DNA of 64,000 nucleotides from Patescibacteria group bacterium (GCA_049322215.1 JBMORU010000001.1:708023-772022); one strand, 5' to 3'; shown: positions 18,060-28,378, counted from the stretch's first letter. The notes: generated by a model from the sequence alone, not told the origin. Numbers and translations are program-made.

Positions 18060-19514
18060 ATGTTCGAACAAGCTTTTAGAAATATAGACAATGCCTTATG
18101 GAAAGACCCTGGTTGTTCTAGTGAATTAGACTATGTGGAGCAAACCTCTTGGATTTTGTTTTTGAAGTACCTAGATGATTTGGAGAAAGATAAAGCTACA
18201 GAAGCTTCTTTAGCAGGTCGTTTATTTGGGCCTATTATTTTGCCAGAATTTCAATGGGATTCATGGGCATGTCCTAAGGGAAAAGATGGGAAAATTGATT
18301 ATAACAAGGCTAGAACAGGAGATGACTTGCGAGATTTTGTTAACGACTCATTGTTTCCATATCTAAGAAAGTTTAAGGCCAATGCTGAAAGCGCAGATAC
18401 TATCGAATATAAGGTAGGTGAAATCTTCAGCGAATTAAAAAACAAAGTACAAAGTGGTTACACCTTAAGAAATGTACTGGATATTGTGGATACCATGAGT
18501 TTTAGGTCACAAGAAGAAAAGCATGAACTATCTTATCTTTATGAAGCAAAAATACAAAACATGGGCAATGCTGGTCGTAATGGCGGTGAATACTACACGC
18601 CACGACCACTAATTAAAACTATTGTTAAAGTTGTAGCTCCTAAAATAGGGGATAGAGTTTATGACGGTGCCGTTGGGTCAGCAGGATTTTTGGTAGAGGC
18701 ATACGAGTATCTTAAAAAGACAAAGGATTTAACCACTAAAGACATAGAAACTCTACAAAGAAGTACCTTCTATGGTAAAGAGAAGAAGTCTTTAGCTTAC
18801 ATCATAGGCATAATGAACATGATTTTGCACGGGATTGAAGCTCCAAACATTATCCATACAAATACTCTTTCAGAAAACATTACAGATATACAGGAAAAAG
18901 ATAGGTATGACATAGTTCTAGCAAATCCTCCTTTTGGTGGTAAGGAAAGACAAGAGGTTCAACAAAACTTTCCTATTAAAACAAGTGAAACAGCCTTTTT
19001 ATTCCTACAACACTTCATAAAGATACTTAAGGCAGGAGGTAGTGCAGGTGTTGTTATAAAAAACACCTTTTTGTCTAACACAGACAATGCATCTACAGCA
19101 CTAAGACAACATTTACTAGAAACATGCGATTTACACACAATACTAGATTTACCAAGTGGCGTATTTACAGGTGCAGGTGTAAAAACAGTCGTTTTGTTTT
19201 TTAAAAAAGGCTCTCCAACTAAAAAGGTTTGGTACTACAGATTAAATCTAGCTCGTAATTTGGGCAAAACAAATCCTTTAAATGAAAAAGACTTAGTTGA
19301 TTTCGTTGAGTTACAAAAAACAAAGGCGGATAGTGATAGCTCTTGGAGTGTTGATGTAAAAGACATAGATCAAAAGACATTTGATTTGTCGGTAAAAAAT
19401 CCAAATTCAGTTGAAGAGGTGATTTTACGCGATCCTCAAGAAATACTGGCAGAAATTAGGGAACTAGATGAGGAAAGTAGGAAAATTTTAGATAACATTG
19501 CAGGACTAATTTGA
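18060..19514 (+). CDS. hsdM: type I R-M N6-adenine methyltransferase
   Basis: GEYYTPR, DGAVGSAGF (SAM binding), ANPPF catalytic motif. Confidence 0.96.
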   Translation: MFEQAFRNIDNALWKDPGCSSELDYVEQTSWILFLKYLDDLEKDKATEASLAGRLFGPIILPEFQWDSWACPKGKDGKIDYNKARTGDDLRDFVNDSLFPYLRKFKANAESADTIEYKVGEIFSELKNKVQSGYTLRNVLDIVDTMSFRSQEEKHELSYLYEAKIQNMGNAGRNGGEYYTPRPLIKTIVKVVAPKIGDRVYDGAVGSAGFLVEAYEYLKKTKDLTTKDIETLQRSTFYGKEKKSLAYIIGIMNMILHGIEAPNIIHTNTLSENITDIQEKDRYDIVLANPPFGGKERQEVQQNFPIKTSETAFLFLQHFIKILKAGGSAGVVIKNTFLSNTDNASTALRQHLLETCDLHTILDLPSGVFTGAGVKTVVLFFKKGSPTKKVWYYRLNLARNLGKTNPLNEKDLVDFVELQKTKADSDSSWSVDVKDIDQKTFDLSVKNPNSVEEVILRDPQEILAEIRELDEESRKILDNIAGLI

Positions 19515-20717
19515 ATGTCATTAGGTAATTGGACATCACATAAGTTAAAAGATTTGTGCTATAAAATTACTGATGGTAGCCATAACCCACCAAAAGGTGT
19601 ACCTTCAAGTCCTTATTTAATGCTAAGTTCCAAGAATGTTAATAACGATCTGCTAACTTTTGATAAGCCTAGGTACTTAGACGAAAAGAATTATATTGCA
19701 GAGAATAAACGTACACAGGTGCAGGAAGGAGACGTGCTTCTGACTATTGTAGGGACTATTGGTAGAGCTGCAGTTATTTCTAAAGGAGTAGAAAATTTAA
19801 CATTCCAACGTAGTGTTGCAGTACTAAAGCCTAGAAAGCAACTTGTAAGCTCTAGGTTTTTAATGTATTTGTTGCAGTTTAATTTTGAGTTGTTAAATAA
19901 AAACGCCAGGGGGGTTGCTCAAAAGGGTATTTACTTAAGACAACTGAATGATCTATCAGTTTATATACCAGATATTCCCACTCAAGATCATATAGTTAGT
20001 GTACTTGATGATGCATTTGTCGATTTAGAAAAGGTGTCCTTCAAATTAGTGGAAAACAGCAAAAATGCAGAGGAACTGTTTTTCTCGCATCTCAATCAAG
20101 CTTTTACTGCACCACTTGATGATAATTGGGTTAGGACACCACTTAGCGCCCATGTAAGGTTCATAGATTACAGAGGAAGGACCCCGAAAAAAACTGAATC
20201 TGGGTTGAAGTTAATTACAGCAAAAAATGTGAAAATGGGCTATTTGCAAAATGCGCCTGAGGAATTTGTTGACGAAAATATCTACAGTTCTTGGATGGTC
20301 CGTGGCATTCCATTAATGGGGGATATTCTTTTTTCCACTGAAGCTCCGATGGGAAATGTTGCTACACTCCATACAAATGAAAAGGTGGTTTTTGCTCAGA
20401 GAATTATCATACTTCAACCTGACAGAAGCATTATAAACCCTGAATTTCTCAAATTTATGCTCATGTCATCTTATTTTCAGAATCTATTGTCAGCTAATGG
20501 TACTGGCGCAACTGTCAAAGGTATTAAATCCAGTATTTTAAAAAGGCTTCCAATAGTATTTCCCAAATCTTTAGGAGAACAGAAAAATCTAGCAGAAAAG
20601 TTCACTCGTTTATCTAGCCAATGCGATGTGCTTAAGGATTCATATAACCACAAGAAAACTATTGTGGAGGAACTAAAAAAATCAATCCTAAACAAAGCCT
20701 TTAGCGGTGAGCTATAA
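19515..20717 (+). CDS. hsdS: type I R-M specificity subunit
   Basis: Two TRDs with conserved-region helices; ends ELKKSILNKAFSGEL. Confidence 0.95.
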   Translation: MSLGNWTSHKLKDLCYKITDGSHNPPKGVPSSPYLMLSSKNVNNDLLTFDKPRYLDEKNYIAENKRTQVQEGDVLLTIVGTIGRAAVISKGVENLTFQRSVAVLKPRKQLVSSRFLMYLLQFNFELLNKNARGVAQKGIYLRQLNDLSVYIPDIPTQDHIVSVLDDAFVDLEKVSFKLVENSKNAEELFFSHLNQAFTAPLDDNWVRTPLSAHVRFIDYRGRTPKKTESGLKLITAKNVKMGYLQNAPEEFVDENIYSSWMVRGIPLMGDILFSTEAPMGNVATLHTNEKVVFAQRIIILQPDRSIINPEFLKFMLMSSYFQNLLSANGTGATVKGIKSSILKRLPIVFPKSLGEQKNLAEKFTRLSSQCDVLKDSYNHKKTIVEELKKSILNKAFSGEL

Positions 20718-20742
20718 TAAATTTAATTAATTTTTAATATTT

Positions 20743-23061
20743 ATGAACGAAGCAGAAACAAGAGCAGAATACATTGATCCTATGCTAACTAATGCAGGTT
20801 GGGGAGTTGTTGACGGCTCTAAAGTGCTTCGAGAACATCATTTAACAGCAGGAAGAATCCAAGTAGGCGGTGTCAGAGGTAAAAAAGACATTGCTGACTA
20901 TGTTTTAGTATATAAAAACCAAAAACTAGCCATTGTAGAAGCCAAAAAGTTTGATTCTTTACCTACAGAAGGTGTTGCACAAGCCAAGCTTTATGCTGAG
21001 AAGCTTCAACTTTCTTATACATATTCAACCAATGGTCAAAAAGTATATGAGATATGCATGGATACAGGTAAAGAAGACTATATCGATGCTTTTCCTACTC
21101 CTGACGAGCTTTGGAGTAGAGTACATACGGAGCAAAATACATGGAAAGATAAGTTTTCAGCTATACCATTCGAAGATTTTGGTGGTACAAAGCAACCTAG
21201 ATATTATCAGGAAAATGCAACCAACAACGCACTAAATGCCATAGCTGATGACAAAGACCGTATATTGCTAACTTTAGCTACAGGCGTAGGTAAAACATAT
21301 CTTGCATTCCAGATTGCTTGGAAATTATTTCATGCTAGATGGACATTACAAAAAGATGGAGCAAGAAGACCTCGTATACTCTTTCTAGCTGATAGAAATA
21401 TATTAGCCGATCAAGCATTTAACTCCTTCTCGGCTTTTCCAGAAGACGCACTAATAAGAATTAATCCGCTAGATATAAGAAAAAAAGGTGCTGTCCCTAA
21501 AAATGGAAGTATATTCTTTACTATTTTTCAAACCTTTATGAGTGGGCAAGACAATACACCTTACTATGGCGACTATCCTCCTGATTTCTTTGATTTAATA
21601 ATAATTGATGAATGCCATCGTGGTGGTGCTAATGACGAATCTAACTGGCGTGGGATTATGGAATACTTTTCGCCTGCGGTTCAACTAGGTTTAACAGCTA
21701 CACCTAAAAGAAAAGATAACGTGGATACCTATCGTTATTTTGGTGAGCCTGTGTACACATATTCACTTAAGGAAGGTATTAATGACGGATTTTTGACACC
21801 ATTTAAGGTTAAGCGGATTAGAACAACACTAGATGAATATATCTATACCTCTGATGACAAAGTTGTTGAAGGTGAAGTAGAGCAAGGAAAGGTCTACACA
21901 GAACTAGATTTTAACCGAACTATAGAAATTGAAGAACGTGAACGTACCAGAGTAAGAATATTCATGGATGAAATCAACCAAAACGAAAAGACATTGGTGT
22001 TTTGTGCAACTCAAGGGCATGCCTTGTTAGTAAGAGACTTAATCAATCAACTAAAAGAAAGCAAAGATCCTAACTATTGTGTGCGAGTTACTGCTAATGA
22101 TGGGTTTTTAGGTGAACAATATCTAAGGGAATTTCAAGACAACGAAAAAACTATACCTACAATACTTACAACCTCACAAAAACTATCAACTGGTGTTGAT
22201 GCTCGCAATGTTAGAAATATTGTCCTTATGCGTCCTATAAATACAATGGTTGAATTTAAACAAATTGTAGGTAGGGGAACTAGATTATTTGACGGCAAGG
22301 AGTATTTTACAATTTATGACTTTGTTGACGCTTATAAGATGTTTTTAGATGACGAATGGGATGGCGAGCCTGTTGATGAAACTACAATCGATGAAGGTGG
22401 TGGCAGAGAAAAACCAAAAGGTGGTAGAAAAGGTCCAATAGACCCGCCTCCAACACCTCCAGAGCCTGGTCCAGAACCAGTTAAAAGATTAAAAATAAAA
22501 CTAGCCGATGGTAAAGAGCGAGAAATACAGCACATGGTATCAACGTCATTTTGGAGTCCAGATGGCAGGCCTATTTCTGCAGAAGAATTTTTAAAGGAAA
22601 TGTTTGGCAAGCTACCTGAGTTTTTCCAAAGCGAGGAAGAACTACGCTCAATTTGGGCAAATCCAACCACGAGAGCACAATTTTTAGACAAGCTAGAGGA
22701 GCAAGGTTACGGAAAAGCAGAACTAGAGAACCTTAAAAAGGTAGTAAATGCCGAAAATAGCGACTTATTTGATGTTTTGTCTTATGTCTCTTATGCTATT
22801 ACTCCAATCACTAGAGTTGAACGAGTAGCTAAAACCACACCTTTAATGCTGTCAGGTTTAAACGAAAGACACATTGAGTTTTTAGAGTTTGTGTTATCCA
22901 AATATGTTGAAATTGGGGACGAAGAATTGGAAGAAAAGAAGTTGCCAATACTATTAAATTTGAAGTACCAAGCTATTGCAGACGCTGAAAAACTACTAGG
23001 TGGTGTGGAAAAGATTAGAGACACATTTTTTAACTTCCAAAAAGCTTTGTATTCTGCATAA
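20743..23061 (+). CDS. hsdR: type I R-M restriction subunit (EcoAI/EcoEI-like)
   Basis: ADY..IVEAK nuclease, ATGVGKT, DECHR, TATP, QIVGRGTR. Confidence 0.95.
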   Translation: MNEAETRAEYIDPMLTNAGWGVVDGSKVLREHHLTAGRIQVGGVRGKKDIADYVLVYKNQKLAIVEAKKFDSLPTEGVAQAKLYAEKLQLSYTYSTNGQKVYEICMDTGKEDYIDAFPTPDELWSRVHTEQNTWKDKFSAIPFEDFGGTKQPRYYQENATNNALNAIADDKDRILLTLATGVGKTYLAFQIAWKLFHARWTLQKDGARRPRILFLADRNILADQAFNSFSAFPEDALIRINPLDIRKKGAVPKNGSIFFTIFQTFMSGQDNTPYYGDYPPDFFDLIIIDECHRGGANDESNWRGIMEYFSPAVQLGLTATPKRKDNVDTYRYFGEPVYTYSLKEGINDGFLTPFKVKRIRTTLDEYIYTSDDKVVEGEVEQGKVYTELDFNRTIEIEERERTRVRIFMDEINQNEKTLVFCATQGHALLVRDLINQLKESKDPNYCVRVTANDGFLGEQYLREFQDNEKTIPTILTTSQKLSTGVDARNVRNIVLMRPINTMVEFKQIVGRGTRLFDGKEYFTIYDFVDAYKMFLDDEWDGEPVDETTIDEGGGREKPKGGRKGPIDPPPTPPEPGPEPVKRLKIKLADGKEREIQHMVSTSFWSPDGRPISAEEFLKEMFGKLPEFFQSEEELRSIWANPTTRAQFLDKLEEQGYGKAELENLKKVVNAENSDLFDVLSYVSYAITPITRVERVAKTTPLMLSGLNERHIEFLEFVLSKYVEIGDEELEEKKLPILLNLKYQAIADAEKLLGGVEKIRDTFFNFQKALYSA

Positions 23062-23064
23062 CCT

Positions 23065-23271
23065 ATGGCATTACCAGATCAAGCTATTGTTGAATTTATA
23101 GAAATTTACAAAAAAGAGATTGGTGAAACTCTAAATATGCCAGAGGCTAGAGTACGTGCTCAGAAATTTTTTGATTTTTGTAAAGTTATAACCAAACCAA
23201 TTCAAAATAGTGATAAATCCGTTGTAGGTATAAGCAAAGCTAAGGATGCCAAGTTGAGTACAGGCAAATAA
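23065..23271 (+). CDS. small hypothetical protein
   Basis: 68-aa helical ORF directly after hsdR. Confidence 0.55.
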   Translation: MALPDQAIVEFIEIYKKEIGETLNMPEARVRAQKFFDFCKVITKPIQNSDKSVVGISKAKDAKLSTGK

Positions 23272-23441
23272 TCAGACATATATCCCTGAGCTTTTACAAT
23301 CCATTCTAAACCCATTTAAATTACTTTCAGGTATGTTTATGTGGTTTGAGGTATAAATTTATTACAAACCATTTTACGAGTTTTAAGCGTACCCTTAGGG
23401 TTTCTAAGGTTTTATTATAAAAAGATTATAATTATAATTAT

Positions 23442-23996
23442 TTACAATCCCCAGATCGCTGTAGTTTGATTATCGCAAAACATTGTAAGTGTTTGTGGCT
23501 TCATGCTGAATGGATTAAATCTGTTTGAGTCTTTGTCTACAAACTTTGCATATCCAAGTGTTAATGTTTCTCCTATCTCTACACCAAACACCTCTTGTGG
23601 TTGTGCAAACTTTGGGTACGAAGGGAAGTAGTAGGCGTTATTCAAGCTCATGTAGCAATTTTCCCATGCAAAGTTGTTAAGGTTTGTAAGTTTCACTTGA
23701 GCATCGTTGTGTAGTAACTCAGACTGGGTTTGTCTTTTTGTAGGCTTAGGAGTTGGTGCCGTTTGAGGTGTTTCAGCAGGTAGGCTTGATGGGTCAACGA
23801 ATAACATTGTTACAAAACCCGACAGTGCTCCAATTATAAGTAGTAGCATGAAGCCTTTAATTATGGTTTCAAGGAACGAACCTTTTTTCTTTTTTACTGG
23901 GGAGGTGTTTGAATTTTGTACTGAGGAATTACGAATTTGAGCACGAAATTGCTCTTCTTCTAGAATCTTTTGCTTTTCAGTTTCTGTTAATGCCAT
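23442..23996 (-). CDS. membrane-anchored hypothetical protein
   Basis: Start MALTETEKQKILEEE after AAAGG; single TM. Confidence 0.7.
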   Translation of the reverse strand: MALTETEKQKILEEEQFRAQIRNSSVQNSNTSPVKKKKGSFLETIIKGFMLLLIIGALSGFVTMLFVDPSSLPAETPQTAPTPKPTKRQTQSELLHNDAQVKLTNLNNFAWENCYMSLNNAYYFPSYPKFAQPQEVFGVEIGETLTLGYAKFVDKDSNRFNPFSMKPQTLTMFCDNQTTAIWGL

Positions 23997-24027
23997 CTTG
24001 ACCTTTCCAGAGTTGTTGAATAAATAC

Positions 24028-24143
24028 AAAAAGGGACAACTCTTCTGTAACGTCAAGCCGGGAAGCCATTAGTCCTAGGAAAGAGTTGCCCCTTTTTAGG
24101 ACTAATGGCATTGCCATAAGTTTAATTAATAGCTTCCCGGCTT
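24028..24143 (-). promoter_or_regulatory. structured 5' leader with interleaved inverted repeats
   Basis: Three complementary pairs of 12-17 bp in order A-B-C-A'-C'-B'. Confidence 0.6.
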
Positions 24144-24190
24144 ATTTAGTTATATGTGGATTATATAATATAAAAATCAAAAGTGAGAGC

Positions 24191-24484
24191 TTATTCGTCA
24201 ATAGGAAATAAAGAAAGAGAAGTAAATCTTTTTGAAGCTTTCATTATAGGTTCCAGCTCCTCACACAGAGTGTTAAAGTCCTGACTTGTTTTTTCTAATG
24301 ATTTATAGAAGCAGTTTATACAATATCTGAAATTTCCCATACCCCTACAGCGTTTAATATCTACAGCGTAATTTCCTGCAAGCAGTTGCTCATTGCATAT
24401 TTTACATTTGGATACTTTTTTGACTTTAACCAACTTTGGTTTTCCCAGATTACTGCTGATCAAAGAGGGTGGTGTTTTGGACAT
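24191..24484 (-). CDS. small Cys-rich (zinc-finger-like) protein
   Basis: CKIC...CINC; start overlaps the helicase 3' end. Confidence 0.55.
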   Translation of the reverse strand: MSKTPPSLISSNLGKPKLVKVKKVSKCKICNEQLLAGNYAVDIKRCRGMGNFRYCINCFYKSLEKTSQDFNTLCEELEPIMKASKRFTSLSLFPIDE

Positions 24485-26528
24485 CTTTCTTTATAATCTT
24501 GCTTTGTTTTGCAAGAATCTCATCTCTTAATTTTCTACTAATCTCAGGTAGCGACCTAATGATTTCTTTAAACTCTGTTATTGACCACTGGTTACGCTCT
24601 TTGTTGCCAAGACTATATTTTATCTTCTGATTTAGCAAAATTTTTAGTGCCACTAAATTATTTGAAGCATTTGGTAGCTGGTAGCCATATTTAAAAGGAA
24701 TCTCGATTCCGGTAACTTCTAACTTGCATATATTTAGTATGGCTTTCACATTTCTCGATACGTCTGCGTCTAGTCGTGCCCTTAATCCCTGCCATTCCTT
24801 TTGAGGTTGTACTACTATTTTAGGCATTGCCCTCACAGTGTCCATTCCCTTATGACGGCTTTCTAAAGTTTTTTCAATTAATTCCTCTGTAATATCTACT
24901 CCTAAGTTAGCGTAGAATGATCTGATTTCTTTTTTGAGTAATTCCTCATCATCAAGAAAATCTTCAGTAAATAGTTGATCCACTATTTCCTTGTTTACAA
25001 CCACCCTTTCTTCCATTCTTTGAATTGTCCTACCTTCTTTTATATCTTCTCGTGGAATGCTAGGTTCCGGACTTGGTTCTCCCCCCAGGACACTTGCCCA
25101 AAATTCTTCGTCGTCGCTATCAAATGCTCTAAACTCTTCGAATCTGTTATCAAGATTCATGCCTATATGGGTCACTATATACCCGTAGTTATCTGGGTGC
25201 CCGGGAGAATTCTGTACTACTACACGTAGTATTCTGCCTACGAATTGTATGTATGGGGATAAAGATCTAAATGGGTTGAAGATTGCTGCTACACTTAGCT
25301 TTGGATGATCAAAACCTTCTCCAAGCATTTGTACTTGCACAATGCAATCCAAAAGCCCTGCTTTAAGCTTTCTTTTTACCTCCTCCTGTTTTCCTGGATC
25401 CATTTTGGAATGTATTACCTCAGTTGTGTATCCGCGTTCATTGTACAAACTGCATATTTTTTCTGCATGTGAAATTGACATAGCTACTGCTATTATTTGG
25501 TGTTGTGTGCCTGTTAGTCTTAGCTCCTCTAGTTTTCCCAGGCTGTTGTCAACAATACTTATGTTGCAGGCTTCTGAGGTAGCTATCCCTCTACTAAACC
25601 AATCCTCTTCCTTCATTTTAAGAATCTCTTCTAGGGTGTATTCCTTCGTGCTTTTTTCATCCGTAAATTTCAATTCTATAGTATCAGGGGCAACATAATA
25701 TGATGCTAATCGTTTAATAAATCCTTTGGTAGTAGCACTTTTAAAAGAATATCTATAAACTAACTTACCTTCAATTTCCTGTTTATCAGATCTAAATGGT
25801 GTCGCAGTTAAGAATAGTTTTTTAGCGTTAGTAAACTTATTAAAAACCATAGTCCAGCTCTTCGCAGGGCTGTGGTGTGCCTCATCAACAATTATCATAT
25901 CGAAAAAGTCTGATTCAAACTTGTCTAACCATTTATTTGGGTTTGTTGCAAGCTGTTGCACGTTTGATACTACGAAGTGAGATTCTTGGCAAATGGAGAG
26001 GTTAGAATTCTCAAGTGTTGTTACGTAGGGACCTGATAGCATGTCCTCTTCTCTTAATACGGAAGTTTTTTTCCAAAAACACTTAGAATGATTAAGATCT
26101 AGCGTATCCCTAAGTTCGTCTCTTATTGTTAGATTAGGTGAAAGAACAAGCACCCTACCAGATGACACCCCGAATGGGACTATTGCTGCAGTTCCAGATT
26201 TTCCACATCCCACAGGCAATTGTACAATTGCTGGTGTAACTTCATTACCACTATCAAAATAATCTCTTACTGCAACATATGCTTCCATCTGTGGTTCTCT
26301 TAAGGAGTAATTGTCTTCAATGTAGGCATGTGTGCTCTTGAAAAAATCCTTTATGCCTTTGCTTCTTAATACCCACTCATCTAGTAATTCCCTGTTGAAT
26401 ACCCAACGGTTCTTAACCTTGTTTACTGGAATTTTTCCGTTTTGTGCAAGGCCATAAAGCGTAGTTTTCCCTATGCTAAGGTATTTAGAAGCTTGTTCAA
26501 GTGTCAGCCAGTTATCGTTAGTTATCAT
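24450..26528 (-). CDS. excisionase-like HTH fused to SF2 DEAD/DEAH (ResIII-like) helicase
   Basis: WLTLEQASKYL HTH; PVGCGKS, DEAHH, TATP, QFVGR. Confidence 0.88.
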   Translation of the reverse strand: MITNDNWLTLEQASKYLSIGKTTLYGLAQNGKIPVNKVKNRWVFNRELLDEWVLRSKGIKDFFKSTHAYIEDNYSLREPQMEAYVAVRDYFDSGNEVTPAIVQLPVGCGKSGTAAIVPFGVSSGRVLVLSPNLTIRDELRDTLDLNHSKCFWKKTSVLREEDMLSGPYVTTLENSNLSICQESHFVVSNVQQLATNPNKWLDKFESDFFDMIIVDEAHHSPAKSWTMVFNKFTNAKKLFLTATPFRSDKQEIEGKLVYRYSFKSATTKGFIKRLASYYVAPDTIELKFTDEKSTKEYTLEEILKMKEEDWFSRGIATSEACNISIVDNSLGKLEELRLTGTQHQIIAVAMSISHAEKICSLYNERGYTTEVIHSKMDPGKQEEVKRKLKAGLLDCIVQVQMLGEGFDHPKLSVAAIFNPFRSLSPYIQFVGRILRVVVQNSPGHPDNYGYIVTHIGMNLDNRFEEFRAFDSDDEEFWASVLGGEPSPEPSIPREDIKEGRTIQRMEERVVVNKEIVDQLFTEDFLDDEELLKKEIRSFYANLGVDITEELIEKTLESRHKGMDTVRAMPKIVVQPQKEWQGLRARLDADVSRNVKAILNICKLEVTGIEIPFKYGYQLPNASNNLVALKILLNQKIKYSLGNKERNQWSITEFKEIIRSLPEISRKLRDEILAKQSKIIKKDVQNTTLFDQQ

Positions 26529-26735
26529 ATGCTATCAAATGATAACACAGATCATTTGTATGTCAACGACTCTGGGAATTTCTATGTGTAATCTATAAAA
26601 CTGGTCTTTGCTATTTTATTCTTGATATAATGTATGTGCTTTGGGTAGTCCTTTGCTCTGAGCTGAAATACGAGGTGCTTGAGGAGAACTCTCCTGGTCT
26701 CGCCTCTAGTATTTTGGCGAGAAAGGAGCAAAAAA

Positions 26736-26909
26736 ATGTCTAACTCTCAAATTGCCTACACGGGCAAACCGGCACCTAGGTCTGGACAGTACCGAGCTTC
26801 TGGTAGCAACGTAGAGATTACGTTGGTCAAGGGCAAACGTACACCCCCAAACAACATGGGTGTAAGACAAAAGTTCTTTTTAGTTGACAAGACTAAACAC
26901 AAGAACTAA
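26736..26909 (+). CDS. YjzC-like small protein
   Basis: GKPAPRSGQY...EIT..KGKRTPP...LVDKTKH; AAAGGAG SD. Confidence 0.75.
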   Translation: MSNSQIAYTGKPAPRSGQYRASGSNVEITLVKGKRTPPNNMGVRQKFFLVDKTKHKN

Positions 26910-27179
26910 TGTGAGGCAGGACTACCCAGGCATGTATTCTTAAGTTAACTTAGCCAAATCAAAACCACCCGTGTAAAACTCCCCATAAATGAAATCCTCC
27001 ACATACTGCCTCACTTTTGTAGCATATGTTGAAGGACCCCAATAAAAACACCCTTTAACAGCAACATTTCTAGCTATACCCAAATGTTAAATTGAACCCC
27101 AGTTAACCCTGTAGTATACTAGCCCCAAGTTATATTCCCGTTAATACTGGTCATCTGACACAAAGGAGAAAGCTATCTA

Positions 27180-27593
27180 ATGTCCAAAGCCTTAATTATG
27201 CTTAAGCCTGATGGTGTAGGACTGCATTTAGACGTTGAACTTGAGGATTTGTTACGAGTCTCAGGTTTGCGTGTTGTTGAAAGAAAAAAGGTCAGATTGA
27301 CTGAACAAACAATTCGTAAGCTGTATGGTAAGTACCAGGAGAGGTGGTTCTTCGATGAATTGATCGTGTACTTAACCTCAGACAATTGTCTTTTATACAT
27401 CTGCGAAGGTAAAGATGCATTTAGGAAGGTTAAAGAAATCTGTGGTAACAGCTACGATGGAACTGGTATACGAGGTAAGTACTCTTCTCATAGGTTAGAA
27501 GACCCAAGTGGTAGAGTAGTGTTGATGAAAAACGTTGTGCATGTGTCTGATAGTTGTGATTTTAATAGGGAATATGAATTACTTAAAGCGTAG
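27180..27593 (+). CDS. nucleoside-diphosphate kinase family protein
   Basis: LKPDG, IRGKY, NVVHVSDS phospho-His motif. Confidence 0.85.
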   Translation: MSKALIMLKPDGVGLHLDVELEDLLRVSGLRVVERKKVRLTEQTIRKLYGKYQERWFFDELIVYLTSDNCLLYICEGKDAFRKVKEICGNSYDGTGIRGKYSSHRLEDPSGRVVLMKNVVHVSDSCDFNREYELLKA

Positions 27594-27637
27594 GTATTTT
27601 TTGATACCATAGTAAAATACTTACGCTTTTTTTTGTT

Positions 27638-28378
27638 ATGAATAGTAATGAAATTATAAACTTATATTCAAAAACTTTAAGAAAGGAATTACCCAATAAA
27701 GTAGAATCCACTTTTTTGTTCGGTATGTACCAGATGTTGTACAGAATGTTTGATGCATATAATACTGACTTCCATGTATTGCATGCCTCCAGTTCTGTGA
27801 GTGAATCTGGAAAAGTAGTGCTTTTTGGTGATGATGGGATTTTTTCTGTAGGAAAAACATTCTGTTCTTTACTTTTGGCTGCACAGTCGGGTATTTATGT
27901 TTCTGATGAGTATTGCTTACTCGATAAGTATACGTTAGGTATCTACGGTAACGGGGATATTCCACTAAACCTAAAAGGGGATACGGCAAGCTATATAATG
28001 GAAAGTTTTCAACTTAAGCTAAAGGACTCCAAAGTCATTTATGCTAACGATTACTTTAAAATCGTACCTAGCTCCAAGATAAATTATGTTGTAATACCCT
28101 ATATGTGTTCGGAAAAATCTAGTATTGAGCCTGTCTCAGACACGGATCAGAAAGCATCCATTGCTAAAGGTATAGTGTATGGACACAATGTTAAATTTTT
28201 ACAACCTGAATTTGATAGAGTTTCCATCTTACGTAATGAGCAAGGTAGCCTTGAATCCAATATGAGTACTCTTTTGAATGCTTACCCAGTACCAAATTTT
28301 CCTTTTGATATTGTGAGAATGTATGTGAAAAACCCAGATGATATTTTGCCCATGATTAAGGAAATTGAACATGTCTGA
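27638..28378 (+). CDS. HPr-kinase-like P-loop protein
   Basis: LHAS...VLFG...GKT...VSDE. Confidence 0.65.
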   Translation: MNSNEIINLYSKTLRKELPNKVESTFLFGMYQMLYRMFDAYNTDFHVLHASSSVSESGKVVLFGDDGIFSVGKTFCSLLLAAQSGIYVSDEYCLLDKYTLGIYGNGDIPLNLKGDTASYIMESFQLKLKDSKVIYANDYFKIVPSSKINYVVIPYMCSEKSSIEPVSDTDQKASIAKGIVYGHNVKFLQPEFDRVSILRNEQGSLESNMSTLLNAYPVPNFPFDIVRMYVKNPDDILPMIKEIEHV

